From Candidatus Methylomirabilia bacterium (GTDB lineage Bacteria > Methylomirabilota > Methylomirabilia > Rokubacteriales > CSP1-6), in the NCBI GenBank assembly GCA_041496385.1, contig JBGQEL010000036.1, positions 1-37,815 on the forward strand: a stretch of DNA of 37,815 nucleotides. Direction: 5' to 3'. Shown here in pieces: positions 1 to 8,350 of the stretch. The notes below the pieces were generated by a model. It saw only the letters and a list, made by a program, of their open reading frames with translations. It had not been told where the DNA came from and ran no database searches. Every line of letters starts with the position of its first letter. Within the stretch, counting starts at the first letter, position 1. A program made the translations under genes and the position numbers.

Positions 1-830
1 CCGGCGCCGCGCAGGCGCGGGTCGAGCGCGTCGCGCAGGCCGTCGCCGACGAGGTTGAACGCGAGCACGGCCACCATGATCGCCAGGCCGGGGACGGTCG
101 CCACGTGCGGCGCCACGAGCAGCACGTTGCGGCCGGTCGAGACCATGAGGCCCCACGACGCGGTCGGAGGCTGGACGCCGAGGCCCAGGAAGGACAGCGC
201 CGCCTCCAGGAGAATCGCGTTGGCCATGAAGAGCGTCGCGTAGACGATGAGGCCGGGCAGGACATTGGGCAGGATGTGACGCCGGAGCAGGGCGAAGGCG
301 GGCGCGCCGAGGGCGCGGGCGGCACCGACGTACTCCGTCTCCCGCAGCGTCAGCACCGAGCCGCGGACGATGCGAGTCACGGCCGGCACGCCCCAGATCC
401 CCACGGCGATCGTGGTGTTCAGCGCGCCGGGCCCGAGCGCGGCCACGATGGCGATGGCCAGCAGCAGATAGGGAAACGCCAGGAGGATCTCGATGCCGCG
501 CATCATCAGGGCGTCGAGCCAGCCGCCGGTGAAGCCCGCCGCCGTGCCGAGGAGCAGGCCGAAGCCGACCGCGATCGTCATCGAGAGGACGCCTACCAGC
601 AGCGCCACGCGCGAGCCGTAGATCACGCGCGAGAGAATGTCGCGCCCGAACTCGTCGGCGCCGAGCACGTACTTGCCGCCGGGCAGCGCGCGCTTCTCGA
701 CGAGGCTCTGGCGCGCGGGGTCGTATGGCGCGAGCCACGGAGCCAGGGCGGCCGAGAGGGTGAGCACGCCGACGAGCACCAGCCCGGCGAGGGCGAGTCG
801 ATTCTTCTTGAAGCGCGCCCAGGCGTTCAC
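1..830 (-). CDS. Dipeptide/oligopeptide ABC transporter permease (DppC/OppC family), 3'-truncated by the window edge
   Basis: Manual minus-strand translation from GTG at 830: (M)NAWARFKKNRLALAGLVLVGVL...LGADEFGRDILSR...AARALGA...HILPNV...FNLVGDGLRDALDPRLRGA. It runs off the window before a stop and directly follows the DppB-like gene. Confidence 0.9.
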   Translation of the reverse strand, partial: MNAWARFKKNRLALAGLVLVGVLTLSAALAPWLAPYDPARQSLVEKRALPGGKYVLGADEFGRDILSRVIYGSRVALLVGVLSMTIAVGFGLLLGTAAGFTGGWLDALMMRGIEILLAFPYLLLAIAIVAALGPGALNTTIAVGIWGVPAVTRIVRGSVLTLRETEYVGAARALGAPAFALLRRHILPNVLPGLIVYATLFMANAILLEAALSFLGLGVQPPTASWGLMVSTGRNVLLVAPHVATVPGLAIMVAVLAFNLVGDGLRDALDPRLRGA

Positions 831-845
831 GCGTCGAGCCCGGGC

Positions 846-1769
846 TCAGCCCTGGCGCGCGATGCGCGGGTCGAGCAGCCCGTACGAGAGATCGACGAGC
901 AGGTTGACGACGACGAACGCCAGCGCGAAGACCAGCACGGCGCCCTGCAGCAGGATGTAGTCGCGCGCGAAGATGGCCTTGACCATGAGGCGGCCGAGGC
1001 CCGGCCAGGCGAAGACCGTCTCCGTGAGCACGGCGCCGCCCATGAGCTGGCCCGACTGCAGGCCGAGCAGGGTGACGATCGGGATGAACGCGTTGCGGAG
1101 CGTGTGCTTGCCGAGAACCCAGAGCTCGCCGACGCCCTTCGCGCGCGCCGTCCGGACGTAGTCCTCGCGCAGCACGTCGAGCACGGCGGAGCGGGTCATG
1201 CGCGAGACCATCGCCACCGACGGCAGCGCCAGCGTGACCGCCGGCAGCACGAGGTGGCTGAGCGAGCCGGCGCCGCCCACCGGGAGCCAGTTGAGCCAGA
1301 GCGAGAAGATCACGATCAGCACCAAGCCCGTCCAGAAGATCGGCATCGACAGCCCGAAGAGCGAGCCCAGGCGGGCCGCGGCGTCGAAGAGCGAGTTCGG
1401 CCACACGGCCGACGCGACGCCCGCGACGATCCCCACGAGCGCGGCGATGACGAGCGCGGCCACCGTCAGCTCGAGCGTCGCCGGCCAGGCGTCGGCCAGC
1501 TCGGCGGCGACCGGGCGGTTCTGCTGGATCGAGCGGCCGAGGTCGCCGCGCAGCAGGCGGCCCACGTAGTCGAGATAGCGGACAAGAAAGGGCTTGTCGA
1601 GCCCGAGGTGCTCGCGCAGCGCGGCGACCGCGTCCTTCGTGGCGTGCTCGCCCAGCATGAGAGTCACCGCGTCGCCGGGCAGCAGGTCGACCGTGAGCAT
1701 GACGACGAAGACCACCCCCAGCAGCACGGGCACGGCGAGGAGGAGGCGGCGGACGACGAACGTCAGCAT
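846..1769 (-). CDS. Dipeptide/oligopeptide ABC transporter permease (DppB/OppB family)
   Basis: 307 aa; LPGDAV N-terminal motif, DYVRTARAKG (EAA loop), ETVFAWPGLG, DLSYGLLDPRI. Confidence 0.95.
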   Translation of the reverse strand: MLTFVVRRLLLAVPVLLGVVFVVMLTVDLLPGDAVTLMLGEHATKDAVAALREHLGLDKPFLVRYLDYVGRLLRGDLGRSIQQNRPVAAELADAWPATLELTVAALVIAALVGIVAGVASAVWPNSLFDAAARLGSLFGLSMPIFWTGLVLIVIFSLWLNWLPVGGAGSLSHLVLPAVTLALPSVAMVSRMTRSAVLDVLREDYVRTARAKGVGELWVLGKHTLRNAFIPIVTLLGLQSGQLMGGAVLTETVFAWPGLGRLMVKAIFARDYILLQGAVLVFALAFVVVNLLVDLSYGLLDPRIARQG

Positions 1770-1791
1770 CCGCCGCCTCCGACAGCCGCGC

Positions 1792-3378
1792 CTACCTGTC
1801 GAGCCAGGTCTTCCAGAGGGCCAGGTTGTACTCGACCGGGTGGATCGCGAAGCCCTTCACGCCGGCGCGCGCGGCAATGATCTCCTTGGTCGTGTAGACC
1901 GGGATCCACACCATCTCCTTGGCGAGAATGTCCTGTACCTCGCCGTAGAGCCGTTCGCGCTCGGTCTGGTTGAGGCTCCGGCGCGCCTGCTCGACGAGGG
2001 CGTCCACCCTGGCATTGGAGTAACGCGACGTGTTCCACCCCGCCGGTGGGACCTGCTGGCTGTGGAAGAGCGCGTAGAGGGAGTAGTCGGCGTCAGCGTT
2101 GGAGGTCACCCAGCCCAGGGTGAACATGTGATGGTTGAACGGGTTGCCGCGGATCTGCTGGAACACCGCGGCAAACTCGAGGACCTGCACTTTCGCCTCG
2201 ACCCCGACCTCCTTGAACATGGCCTGCATGGCCTCGGTGATCTCGACGTCCTTGGGAAAGCGGCCGCGCGGGGCCAGCCAGGAGAGCGAGAGCCGCTGGC
2301 CGCCCTTCTGGAGGATCCCGTCGGGGCTCGGCGTGAAGCCGGCCTGGGCCAGCAGGGCCTTGGCCCGGGCGCGATCGAACGGATAGAGGCGGTCGAGCTG
2401 CATGTCCTTGTAGCCGAAGACGCCCGGCGCCAGCACGCCGAGCGCCGGCCCCGCCGAGCCTTCCATGATGTTGTCGAGGATCGCCTTGCGATCGACCGCG
2501 TGGAGCAGCGCCTGCCGCACGCGCACGTCGTCCAGCGGCGGCTGGCCCACGTGCATCCCCGCGAAGACCACCCGGATGCCCGTCGTCTCGTGCACGGCGA
2601 ACTTCGGATCGCGCCGCAGCGCCGGGAGCTGAGCCGGCGAGGGGAACAGCACCATGTCCGCGTCCCCGGTCTGGAGCGCGATCATCCGCGCGCCCTCCTC
2701 GGGCACGACCTTGAAGATGACGCGGTCGAGGAGGGCCTTGTCGCCCCAGTAGTCGGGGTTGCGCTCGATGATCACGTGCGTGTTGGTCTTCCACTCCACG
2801 AACTTGAATGGCCCGGTGCCGACGGGGCCCCGGCTGAAGTCGGGGCCCAGCTTCTGCACCGCGGTGGGCGATACGATGCCCATGCAGTACATGGCCAGCG
2901 TCCGGAGAATGGGGCCGTAGGGCTCCTTGGTGACGACGTCCACGGTGAGGTTGTCGACCACCTCGGCGTGGCTCAGCGAGCCCGCGAGGCTGGCCCAGCG
3001 CGCGGGCGGCGTGCCCTTGAGCGCGCGGTCGAACGTGAACCGCACGGCCTCGGCGTTGAACGGCGTGCCGTCGTGGAACTTCACGTTGGGGCGCAGCTTG
3101 AAGCGCACCTTGGTGGGCGACATCACCTCGTAGGAGGTCGCCAGCGCGGGCTTGACCTGCATCTTCTCGTCAAGCGTCAGCAGCCCCTCGAGCATGTTGA
3201 AGTAGACCCAGGCGCCGGGCGCCGTGGTATCGAGGTTCGGGTCGAGCGAGACGGGATCCGTCGGCCGCACGATCGTCAGCGTGCCGCCACGCTTCTGCGC
3301 GTCGGCCGAGGGGACGAGCGCGGCGACGAGCCCCAGCACCAGCACTCCGGGCAGCAGTCGTGAGGCGAGAGAACGCAT
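1792..3378 (-). CDS. ABC transporter substrate-binding protein, family 5 (DppA/GsiB-like)
   Basis: 528 aa; Sec signal ending ADA-Q, KRGGTL, SLDP, VKFHDGTPF, PVGTGPFKFVEW, VRQAL. Confidence 0.95.
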   Translation of the reverse strand: MRSLASRLLPGVLVLGLVAALVPSADAQKRGGTLTIVRPTDPVSLDPNLDTTAPGAWVYFNMLEGLLTLDEKMQVKPALATSYEVMSPTKVRFKLRPNVKFHDGTPFNAEAVRFTFDRALKGTPPARWASLAGSLSHAEVVDNLTVDVVTKEPYGPILRTLAMYCMGIVSPTAVQKLGPDFSRGPVGTGPFKFVEWKTNTHVIIERNPDYWGDKALLDRVIFKVVPEEGARMIALQTGDADMVLFPSPAQLPALRRDPKFAVHETTGIRVVFAGMHVGQPPLDDVRVRQALLHAVDRKAILDNIMEGSAGPALGVLAPGVFGYKDMQLDRLYPFDRARAKALLAQAGFTPSPDGILQKGGQRLSLSWLAPRGRFPKDVEITEAMQAMFKEVGVEAKVQVLEFAAVFQQIRGNPFNHHMFTLGWVTSNADADYSLYALFHSQQVPPAGWNTSRYSNARVDALVEQARRSLNQTERERLYGEVQDILAKEMVWIPVYTTKEIIAARAGVKGFAIHPVEYNLALWKTWLDR

Positions 3379-3381
3379 GGG

Positions 3382-5121
3382 CTATCTCCTGTCTTCGAGG
3401 GAAAGCAGCTCGTCGGCGAGCGCGACGGCCGAGTCGAGCGCGTGAAGGACGCGGTTGCGCTCGCGCACGAGCGCCGCGCGCGCGAACTTGAACGCGTCGC
3501 CGTCGGGGTCGAGCGCCGCCAGCTCGCGCGCGCGCTGCAGGCCGGCGAGCGGCGGGATCGGTAGCGCCAGGTCGTGCGTGAACGGGTCGCCCGTGGTGTA
3601 GGCGAGCGGCACGAGCACGCGCGAGAGGCGCATGAGGGCGCGGTTGACGGCGTCCAGGCGCGGCGACGCGGCGTCGACGCCGCCGAGCGCCGTCGCGACC
3701 CGCTGGAGCCGTTCGGCGAGCGCCCGCGCGGCCTCGAGCGCGGGCGCCAGGTCGAACCGCGCGCCCGCCGCCGCCTGCAGCGCCTCCAGCTCGGCGACCA
3801 GGCTCTGCGCCGCGCGCCCGTGGTCGAGCGGCAGCAGCGGCGCGTTGAGCCAGCGCAGCGCCGAGGCGAGGTAAATCCTGGTATCGAGCACGAGCACGTC
3901 CGGGTCGATCTTGTCGACGGTGTCGTCCTTGGTGTGCCACCACCACGGGAAGCCCGCGCTTCCCACCAGCCGCTCCATCGCGCGCGACAGCTCGGTGTCC
4001 TGCTTCGGCAGCCCCGAGAGCGACATGAACGCCGACGGCACGCCCGCGCCCCAGAACGATTGATCGCCCGCCCGCGAGAAGCGCCGCGCGCGGCTCTGCT
4101 GGCCGGTCAGGTCGGCCACGACGCGCTCGGCGAAGGCCTGCGCGTCCTCCGTGGCGTGCAGCACGGAGTAGTCGCTGGCGCCGCGCGCGCCGGTCGAGTC
4201 GACGTTGAGGTGCGCGACGCAGCGCGCGTGCAGCTCGCGCCAGGCGTGATCGGCGTACCAGGCCGAGCCCGCGTAGCGCCCGTGCGAGTGCCCGGACCAG
4301 AACGCGACGCGGAGTCCGCGCCGCAGCGCCGCGCGGCGGGTCGCCAGCAGCCGCGCGACCTCGAGCATGGTGGCGTTCGCCGTGCCGTTGTCCATGGCGC
4401 CGAAGTGCCAGGAATCGACGTGCCCCGAGAGGAGGAGGAAACGGTCCTCCTGGCGGCCGGCCAGCTCGCCGACGAGGTGGGGGATCGGCATCCAGCCGGT
4501 GCGCACGCGCGTCGTCATGCGCAGGCGCAGCGGCCCGCGCGCCAGGCGCGCGCGTAGCCGCTCGCCGTCGACGCCGAGGATCGACAGGCACGGCGTCGCC
4601 GGGATCCGCCACGCCGTCTCCGGCGCCGGCGTTCCCCAGATCGTCGTGACGATCATGTTGTGAAGGTGATCCACGAGGACATGGATCTGCCCGAGCGCGC
4701 CCGCCTGCTGCGCCGCCCACGCCCGGGCCGGGGAGGCCAGCCCGCGCAGAAGCGCGATCTTGCCCGCCGCGCGCGCGAGATCCTCCGGCCGCCCCTCGCC
4801 GGCGTCCACGACCTCGGCCTCAAGCGCGTCGACCGAGGTCGAGAACGAGTGGGTCAAGCCCTCGATCACGGCGCCGTCGTCGAGGCGGAGCCCCGCCTCC
4901 AGCGGCAGGCTGATGTAGGCCTCGATCTCGCGGCGCTCGACCTCGAGGCCGTAGGACTTGAGCGCGCGCTCGATGTAGTCGAAGGCCTGCGCCTCGCCCG
5001 GGCTCCCCGACTCGCGCTCCCGGGCGCCGATGGTGCGCACGTGGTCCATCAGCGTCGCGGCCGAGACCTCGGCGCCGAGCGCCGACTCGAGCTGATCGCG
5101 GTATTCCCAGGGCGCCGTCAT
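3382..5121 (-). CDS. M28-family metallohydrolase with PA domain (atypical active site)
   Basis: Start ATG at 5121 overlaps the upstream TGA (ATGA). Motifs RESGSPGE, GHVDSW, GAMDNG, NVDS, WHTKDDT. The usual EE motif is replaced by GHSHG. Confidence 0.85.
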   Translation of the reverse strand: MTAPWEYRDQLESALGAEVSAATLMDHVRTIGARERESGSPGEAQAFDYIERALKSYGLEVERREIEAYISLPLEAGLRLDDGAVIEGLTHSFSTSVDALEAEVVDAGEGRPEDLARAAGKIALLRGLASPARAWAAQQAGALGQIHVLVDHLHNMIVTTIWGTPAPETAWRIPATPCLSILGVDGERLRARLARGPLRLRMTTRVRTGWMPIPHLVGELAGRQEDRFLLLSGHVDSWHFGAMDNGTANATMLEVARLLATRRAALRRGLRVAFWSGHSHGRYAGSAWYADHAWRELHARCVAHLNVDSTGARGASDYSVLHATEDAQAFAERVVADLTGQQSRARRFSRAGDQSFWGAGVPSAFMSLSGLPKQDTELSRAMERLVGSAGFPWWWHTKDDTVDKIDPDVLVLDTRIYLASALRWLNAPLLPLDHGRAAQSLVAELEALQAAAGARFDLAPALEAARALAERLQRVATALGGVDAASPRLDAVNRALMRLSRVLVPLAYTTGDPFTHDLALPIPPLAGLQRARELAALDPDGDAFKFARAALVRERNRVLHALDSAVALADELLSLEDRR

Positions 5122-6137
5122 GGCGTGGCGCGCACCAGCTCGTCCACGTTCTCCCAGCTCATCGTGCGACGCCCCGCCTCGAGGTCCTCGATGATCGCGA
5201 TGAGCCGCTCGGTCAGCGGCATCGCGCCGCCGAGCCTCCTGGCCTTGGCGACCGTGGCGCCGAGCAGCGCGCCGGCCTCGGTCTTGCGCTTGCGCACCGC
5301 GAGGTCGCGCCAGATGCCGGTCTTGGTCTTGGTGGCCGCGCGATAGTGCCGGGCGACGCTCGCCATCGCGCGCGTGAGGGCGACGGCGTCGCCGCGCGCA
5401 GCGGCGCGATAGTCGGCGGGCTCGTACTCGTCGAACGGCTCCAGCCGGATGCCCACCGCCTCGGCCACGTTCATGTTCTCGACCACCAGCGCCGCCAGCA
5501 TGCGCTGGACTTCCGGCGAGCGCTCCACGACCTCGAAGACGTGCGCGTCGACGACGGCCGTGGCCACCAGGAGCGCGCCGTAGACGTGCTTGGCCCAGGT
5601 GTAGCCGAGGATGTTGTCGCTGACCTTCGTGGGCGCCACGACGTCGAGGAGCTTTGCGAGGTGCTGGACCCGGTCGCTCGGGCGGCCGTCGAGCTCGCCG
5701 AGGACGAGCGCGCCCCGGCCGCCGAGGAGGATGCGGCCCGGCCCGGTCCAGTCCGCCGCCCAGTTCACGAGACACCCGACGGTACGCTCCGCGCCGACGG
5801 CGGCGGCGATCAGCTCCTCGTTCAGGCCGTTCTGGAGGGACACGATCGCGCCGTCGGGCGCGAGCCGCGGCGCCAGCACCTCGAGGGCGGCCGGCGTGTC
5901 CTGGGACTTGACCGCGAGCAGCACGAGCGGCAGGCCGTGGCCGAGGGCCGCGGGCGCGACCGCGCGCACCGGGACCACGACCGAACCGTCGCGGCTCTCG
6001 ATCGTGAGGCCCTTGGCGTTCATCGCGGCGACGTGATCCTCGGCACGGTCCACCAGCAGGACATCCTGGTGGGCCTGGGCGAGCCTCGCCCCCGTCACGC
6101 CGCCGATCGCGCCCGCCCCGTAGACCGTGATCGCCAT
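5118..6137 (-). CDS. Ketopantoate reductase (ApbA/PanE) family oxidoreductase
   Basis: Start ATG at 6137 with GAGGTG RBS. Motifs GAGAIGG, LLAVKS, LQNG, GELDG, WAK, RKTE. Confidence 0.85.
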   Translation of the reverse strand: MAITVYGAGAIGGVTGARLAQAHQDVLLVDRAEDHVAAMNAKGLTIESRDGSVVVPVRAVAPAALGHGLPLVLLAVKSQDTPAALEVLAPRLAPDGAIVSLQNGLNEELIAAAVGAERTVGCLVNWAADWTGPGRILLGGRGALVLGELDGRPSDRVQHLAKLLDVVAPTKVSDNILGYTWAKHVYGALLVATAVVDAHVFEVVERSPEVQRMLAALVVENMNVAEAVGIRLEPFDEYEPADYRAAARGDAVALTRAMASVARHYRAATKTKTGIWRDLAVRKRKTEAGALLGATVAKARRLGGAMPLTERLIAIIEDLEAGRRTMSWENVDELVRATP

Positions 6138-6170
6138 CGAGTCACCTCGCCCGGCCGTGGAAGATGCCGC

Positions 6171-6199
6171 ATGATGCGGCGATCTCCCCGGGGTGTCAA
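6171..6199 (-). promoter_or_regulatory. Sigma70-type promoter TTGACA-17-CATCAT for the panE-like operon, overlapped by a palindrome (possible operator)
   Basis: Minus strand has TTGACA at 6199-6194, a 17-nt spacer and CATCAT at 6176-6171. The inverted repeat GCCGCAT-G-ATGCGGC at 6166-6180 covers the -10. Confidence 0.55.
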
Positions 6200-6233
6200 C
6201 GGCCTGGCGGGCGCCGCGGGTGTAGGGCGGACG

Positions 6234-6262
6234 TTGCGCCGTCGCAGGGCCCACCATATACT
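6234..6262 (+). promoter_or_regulatory. Sigma70-type promoter TTGCGC-17-TATACT for the hydantoinase operon
   Basis: TTGCGC at 6234-6239, 17-nt spacer, TATACT at 6257-6262, followed by RBS TAAGGAG at 6275-6281. Confidence 0.6.
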
Positions 6263-6288
6263 CGCGCCGAACAGTAAGGAGCTCTCCG

Positions 6289-8349
6289 CTGGGACTCAGG
6301 ATCGGCGTCGACATCGGCGGCACGTTCACGGATCTCGTGGCACTCGACGAGGCCACGGGCCTCGTGGTCAACACCAAGGCCCTCAGCACGCCTCGGGAGC
6401 TCCTCGAGGGCGTCTTCCGCTGCGTCGACCAGGCGGGCGTGCGGCTCGCCGACTGCCGCCTCGTGATCCACGGCAGCACGATCGGGATCAACGCCCTCCT
6501 CGAGGGCAAGGGCGTGCGAACCGGCCTCGTCACCACCGAAGGCTTCCGCGACGTCCTCGAGATCGGCCGGGGGAACTACCTGCGCATGTACGACGTGGTC
6601 TATCGGCGGCCGACGCCGCTGGTCCCGCGCGGGCGCTGCCTCGAGGTGCGCGAGCGCCTGGGCGCGCGGGGCGAGGAGCTGGTACCGCTCGACGAGGCGG
6701 CGGTGCGCGCGGCCGCGCGACGGCTCGCGGCCGAGGGCGTCGAGTCCGTGGCGCTGGTGTTCCTCTTCTCCTACCGGAACGCGGCGCACGAGCGGCGGGC
6801 GGCCGAGATCCTGGCCGAGGAGCTGCCGGACGTCCCCCTGTCGGTCTCCCACCGCCTCACGCAGGAGTGGCGCGAGTACGAGCGGACGAGCACGACCGTC
6901 GTGAACGCCTACATCCTGCCGATCGTCGACCGCTATCTCGGCGCGTTCGGGCGGGAGCTGGGCGCGCGCGGCTTCCGCGGCGGGCTCCTGATCACGCAGT
7001 CCAACGGCGGCGCGTTTGCGCTGGAGGCGGCGCGCGCGAAGCCCGTGCACACGATCGAGTCGGGCCCAGCTGCCGGCGCCGTGGGCTGCGCCGCCCTCGC
7101 CGGCGTCCTCGGCCTTGACCGGGCGATCTCGTTCGACATGGGCGGGACGACGGCGAAGTGCGCGGTCGTGGAGCGCGGCCTCTTGCAGACCACCGACGAG
7201 TACCACGTGGACGGCCGGCCGCTGCGGATTCCCGTCATCGACATCAAGGAAGTCAGCGCCGGCGGCGGCACCATCGCCTGGATCGACGCGGGCGGCGCGC
7301 TCGCGCTGGGGCCGCAGAGCGCGGGCGCCGAGCCCGGTCCGGTCTGCTACGCGCGGGGCGGCACCGAGCCGACCGTCAGCGACGCCAACGTCGTGCTCGG
7401 GCGCATCGACGCCGCGCGCTTCCTGGGCGGCACGATGCCGCTCGACGCTCCCGCGGCCGCGCGTGCGATCGACGAGAAGCTCGGTGTGCCGCTCGGCCTG
7501 CCGCGCGCCACGGCCGCGGCGGGCGTCGTCCGTCTGGCCGACGTCAAGATGGCGCTCGCCGTGCGCAGCCTCACCACCGAGCGCGGGCTCGATCCGCGCG
7601 ACTACGCTCTCGTGGCGTACGGCGGCGGTGGGCCGCTCCACGCCGTCGCGATCGCGCGCGAGCTGGGGATCCCGCGGGTGATCGTCCCGCCGTCCCCGTC
7701 CACGTTCTCCGCGTGGGGGATGCTGGCGACGGATCTCCGCCACGACCTCGTCCGCACCGCGCTCGAGCCGCTCGAGCGCACCGACGCGCGCTGGGCCGAG
7801 GCGCGCTACCAGGAGATGCAGCGCGAGATCGAGGCGATTCTTCCCGGTGTCGGCACGCCCGTGATGCATCGTGCCGCCGATCTTCGCTACCTCGGCCAGG
7901 AGCACACGGTCACGGTGCCCGTGGGAGACCTCGCGGCCTGGGCGGGCCTGCGCGGGGCGTTCGACGTCGCGCACGAGCGCGCGTACGGCTACGCCGCGCC
8001 GGACGTGGACGTGCAGCTGATCAACCTGCGCCTGGCCGTCGTGTTCCCGCTGGAGCGCCCACGCCTGCCGGCGCTCGAGCGCCGCGGGTCGGGCGCGGCG
8101 CCGTTCGAGACGCGCAAGATCTACTCCACGCTCGCCGGGGACTGGCTGGAGTACCGCGTCGTCCAGCGCGACGCGCTCCGAGCCGGCGACACCATCAAGG
8201 GGCCTGTCCTCATCGAGGAAGCGGGGACAAGCACAGTCGTCGACACGGGCGACACCCTTTCGGTCGAAGATCACGGCTGTCTCGTCATCCAGGTGCGCGC
8301 GCCCGAGGCGATGGGGGGTGTCGGGGGGAGCGAGCATTGCTCCCCCTGA
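6289..8349 (+). CDS. Hydantoinase A/oxoprolinase family protein (ATP-dependent N-methylhydantoinase/lactamase subunit A), CTG start
   Basis: The conserved RIGVDIGGTFTD lies upstream of the ORF-track GTG (6337). CTG at 6289 is in frame, 7 nt after TAAGGAG. Further motifs HGST, REYER, SGPAAG, DMGGTT, SAGAEPGP, DLRYLGQ. Confidence 0.9.
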   Translation: MGLRIGVDIGGTFTDLVALDEATGLVVNTKALSTPRELLEGVFRCVDQAGVRLADCRLVIHGSTIGINALLEGKGVRTGLVTTEGFRDVLEIGRGNYLRMYDVVYRRPTPLVPRGRCLEVRERLGARGEELVPLDEAAVRAAARRLAAEGVESVALVFLFSYRNAAHERRAAEILAEELPDVPLSVSHRLTQEWREYERTSTTVVNAYILPIVDRYLGAFGRELGARGFRGGLLITQSNGGAFALEAARAKPVHTIESGPAAGAVGCAALAGVLGLDRAISFDMGGTTAKCAVVERGLLQTTDEYHVDGRPLRIPVIDIKEVSAGGGTIAWIDAGGALALGPQSAGAEPGPVCYARGGTEPTVSDANVVLGRIDAARFLGGTMPLDAPAAARAIDEKLGVPLGLPRATAAAGVVRLADVKMALAVRSLTTERGLDPRDYALVAYGGGGPLHAVAIARELGIPRVIVPPSPSTFSAWGMLATDLRHDLVRTALEPLERTDARWAEARYQEMQREIEAILPGVGTPVMHRAADLRYLGQEHTVTVPVGDLAAWAGLRGAFDVAHERAYGYAAPDVDVQLINLRLAVVFPLERPRLPALERRGSGAAPFETRKIYSTLAGDWLEYRVVQRDALRAGDTIKGPVLIEEAGTSTVVDTGDTLSVEDHGCLVIQVRAPEAMGGVGGSEHCSP

Positions 8350-8350
8350 C
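8320..8350. repeat. GC-rich hairpin (12-bp stem) spanning the hydantoinase A stop and the hydantoinase B RBS/start
   Basis: GTCGGGGGGAGC (8320-8331) pairs with GCTCCCCCTGAC (8339-8350) with one G-U pair; loop GAGCATT. Confidence 0.6.
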
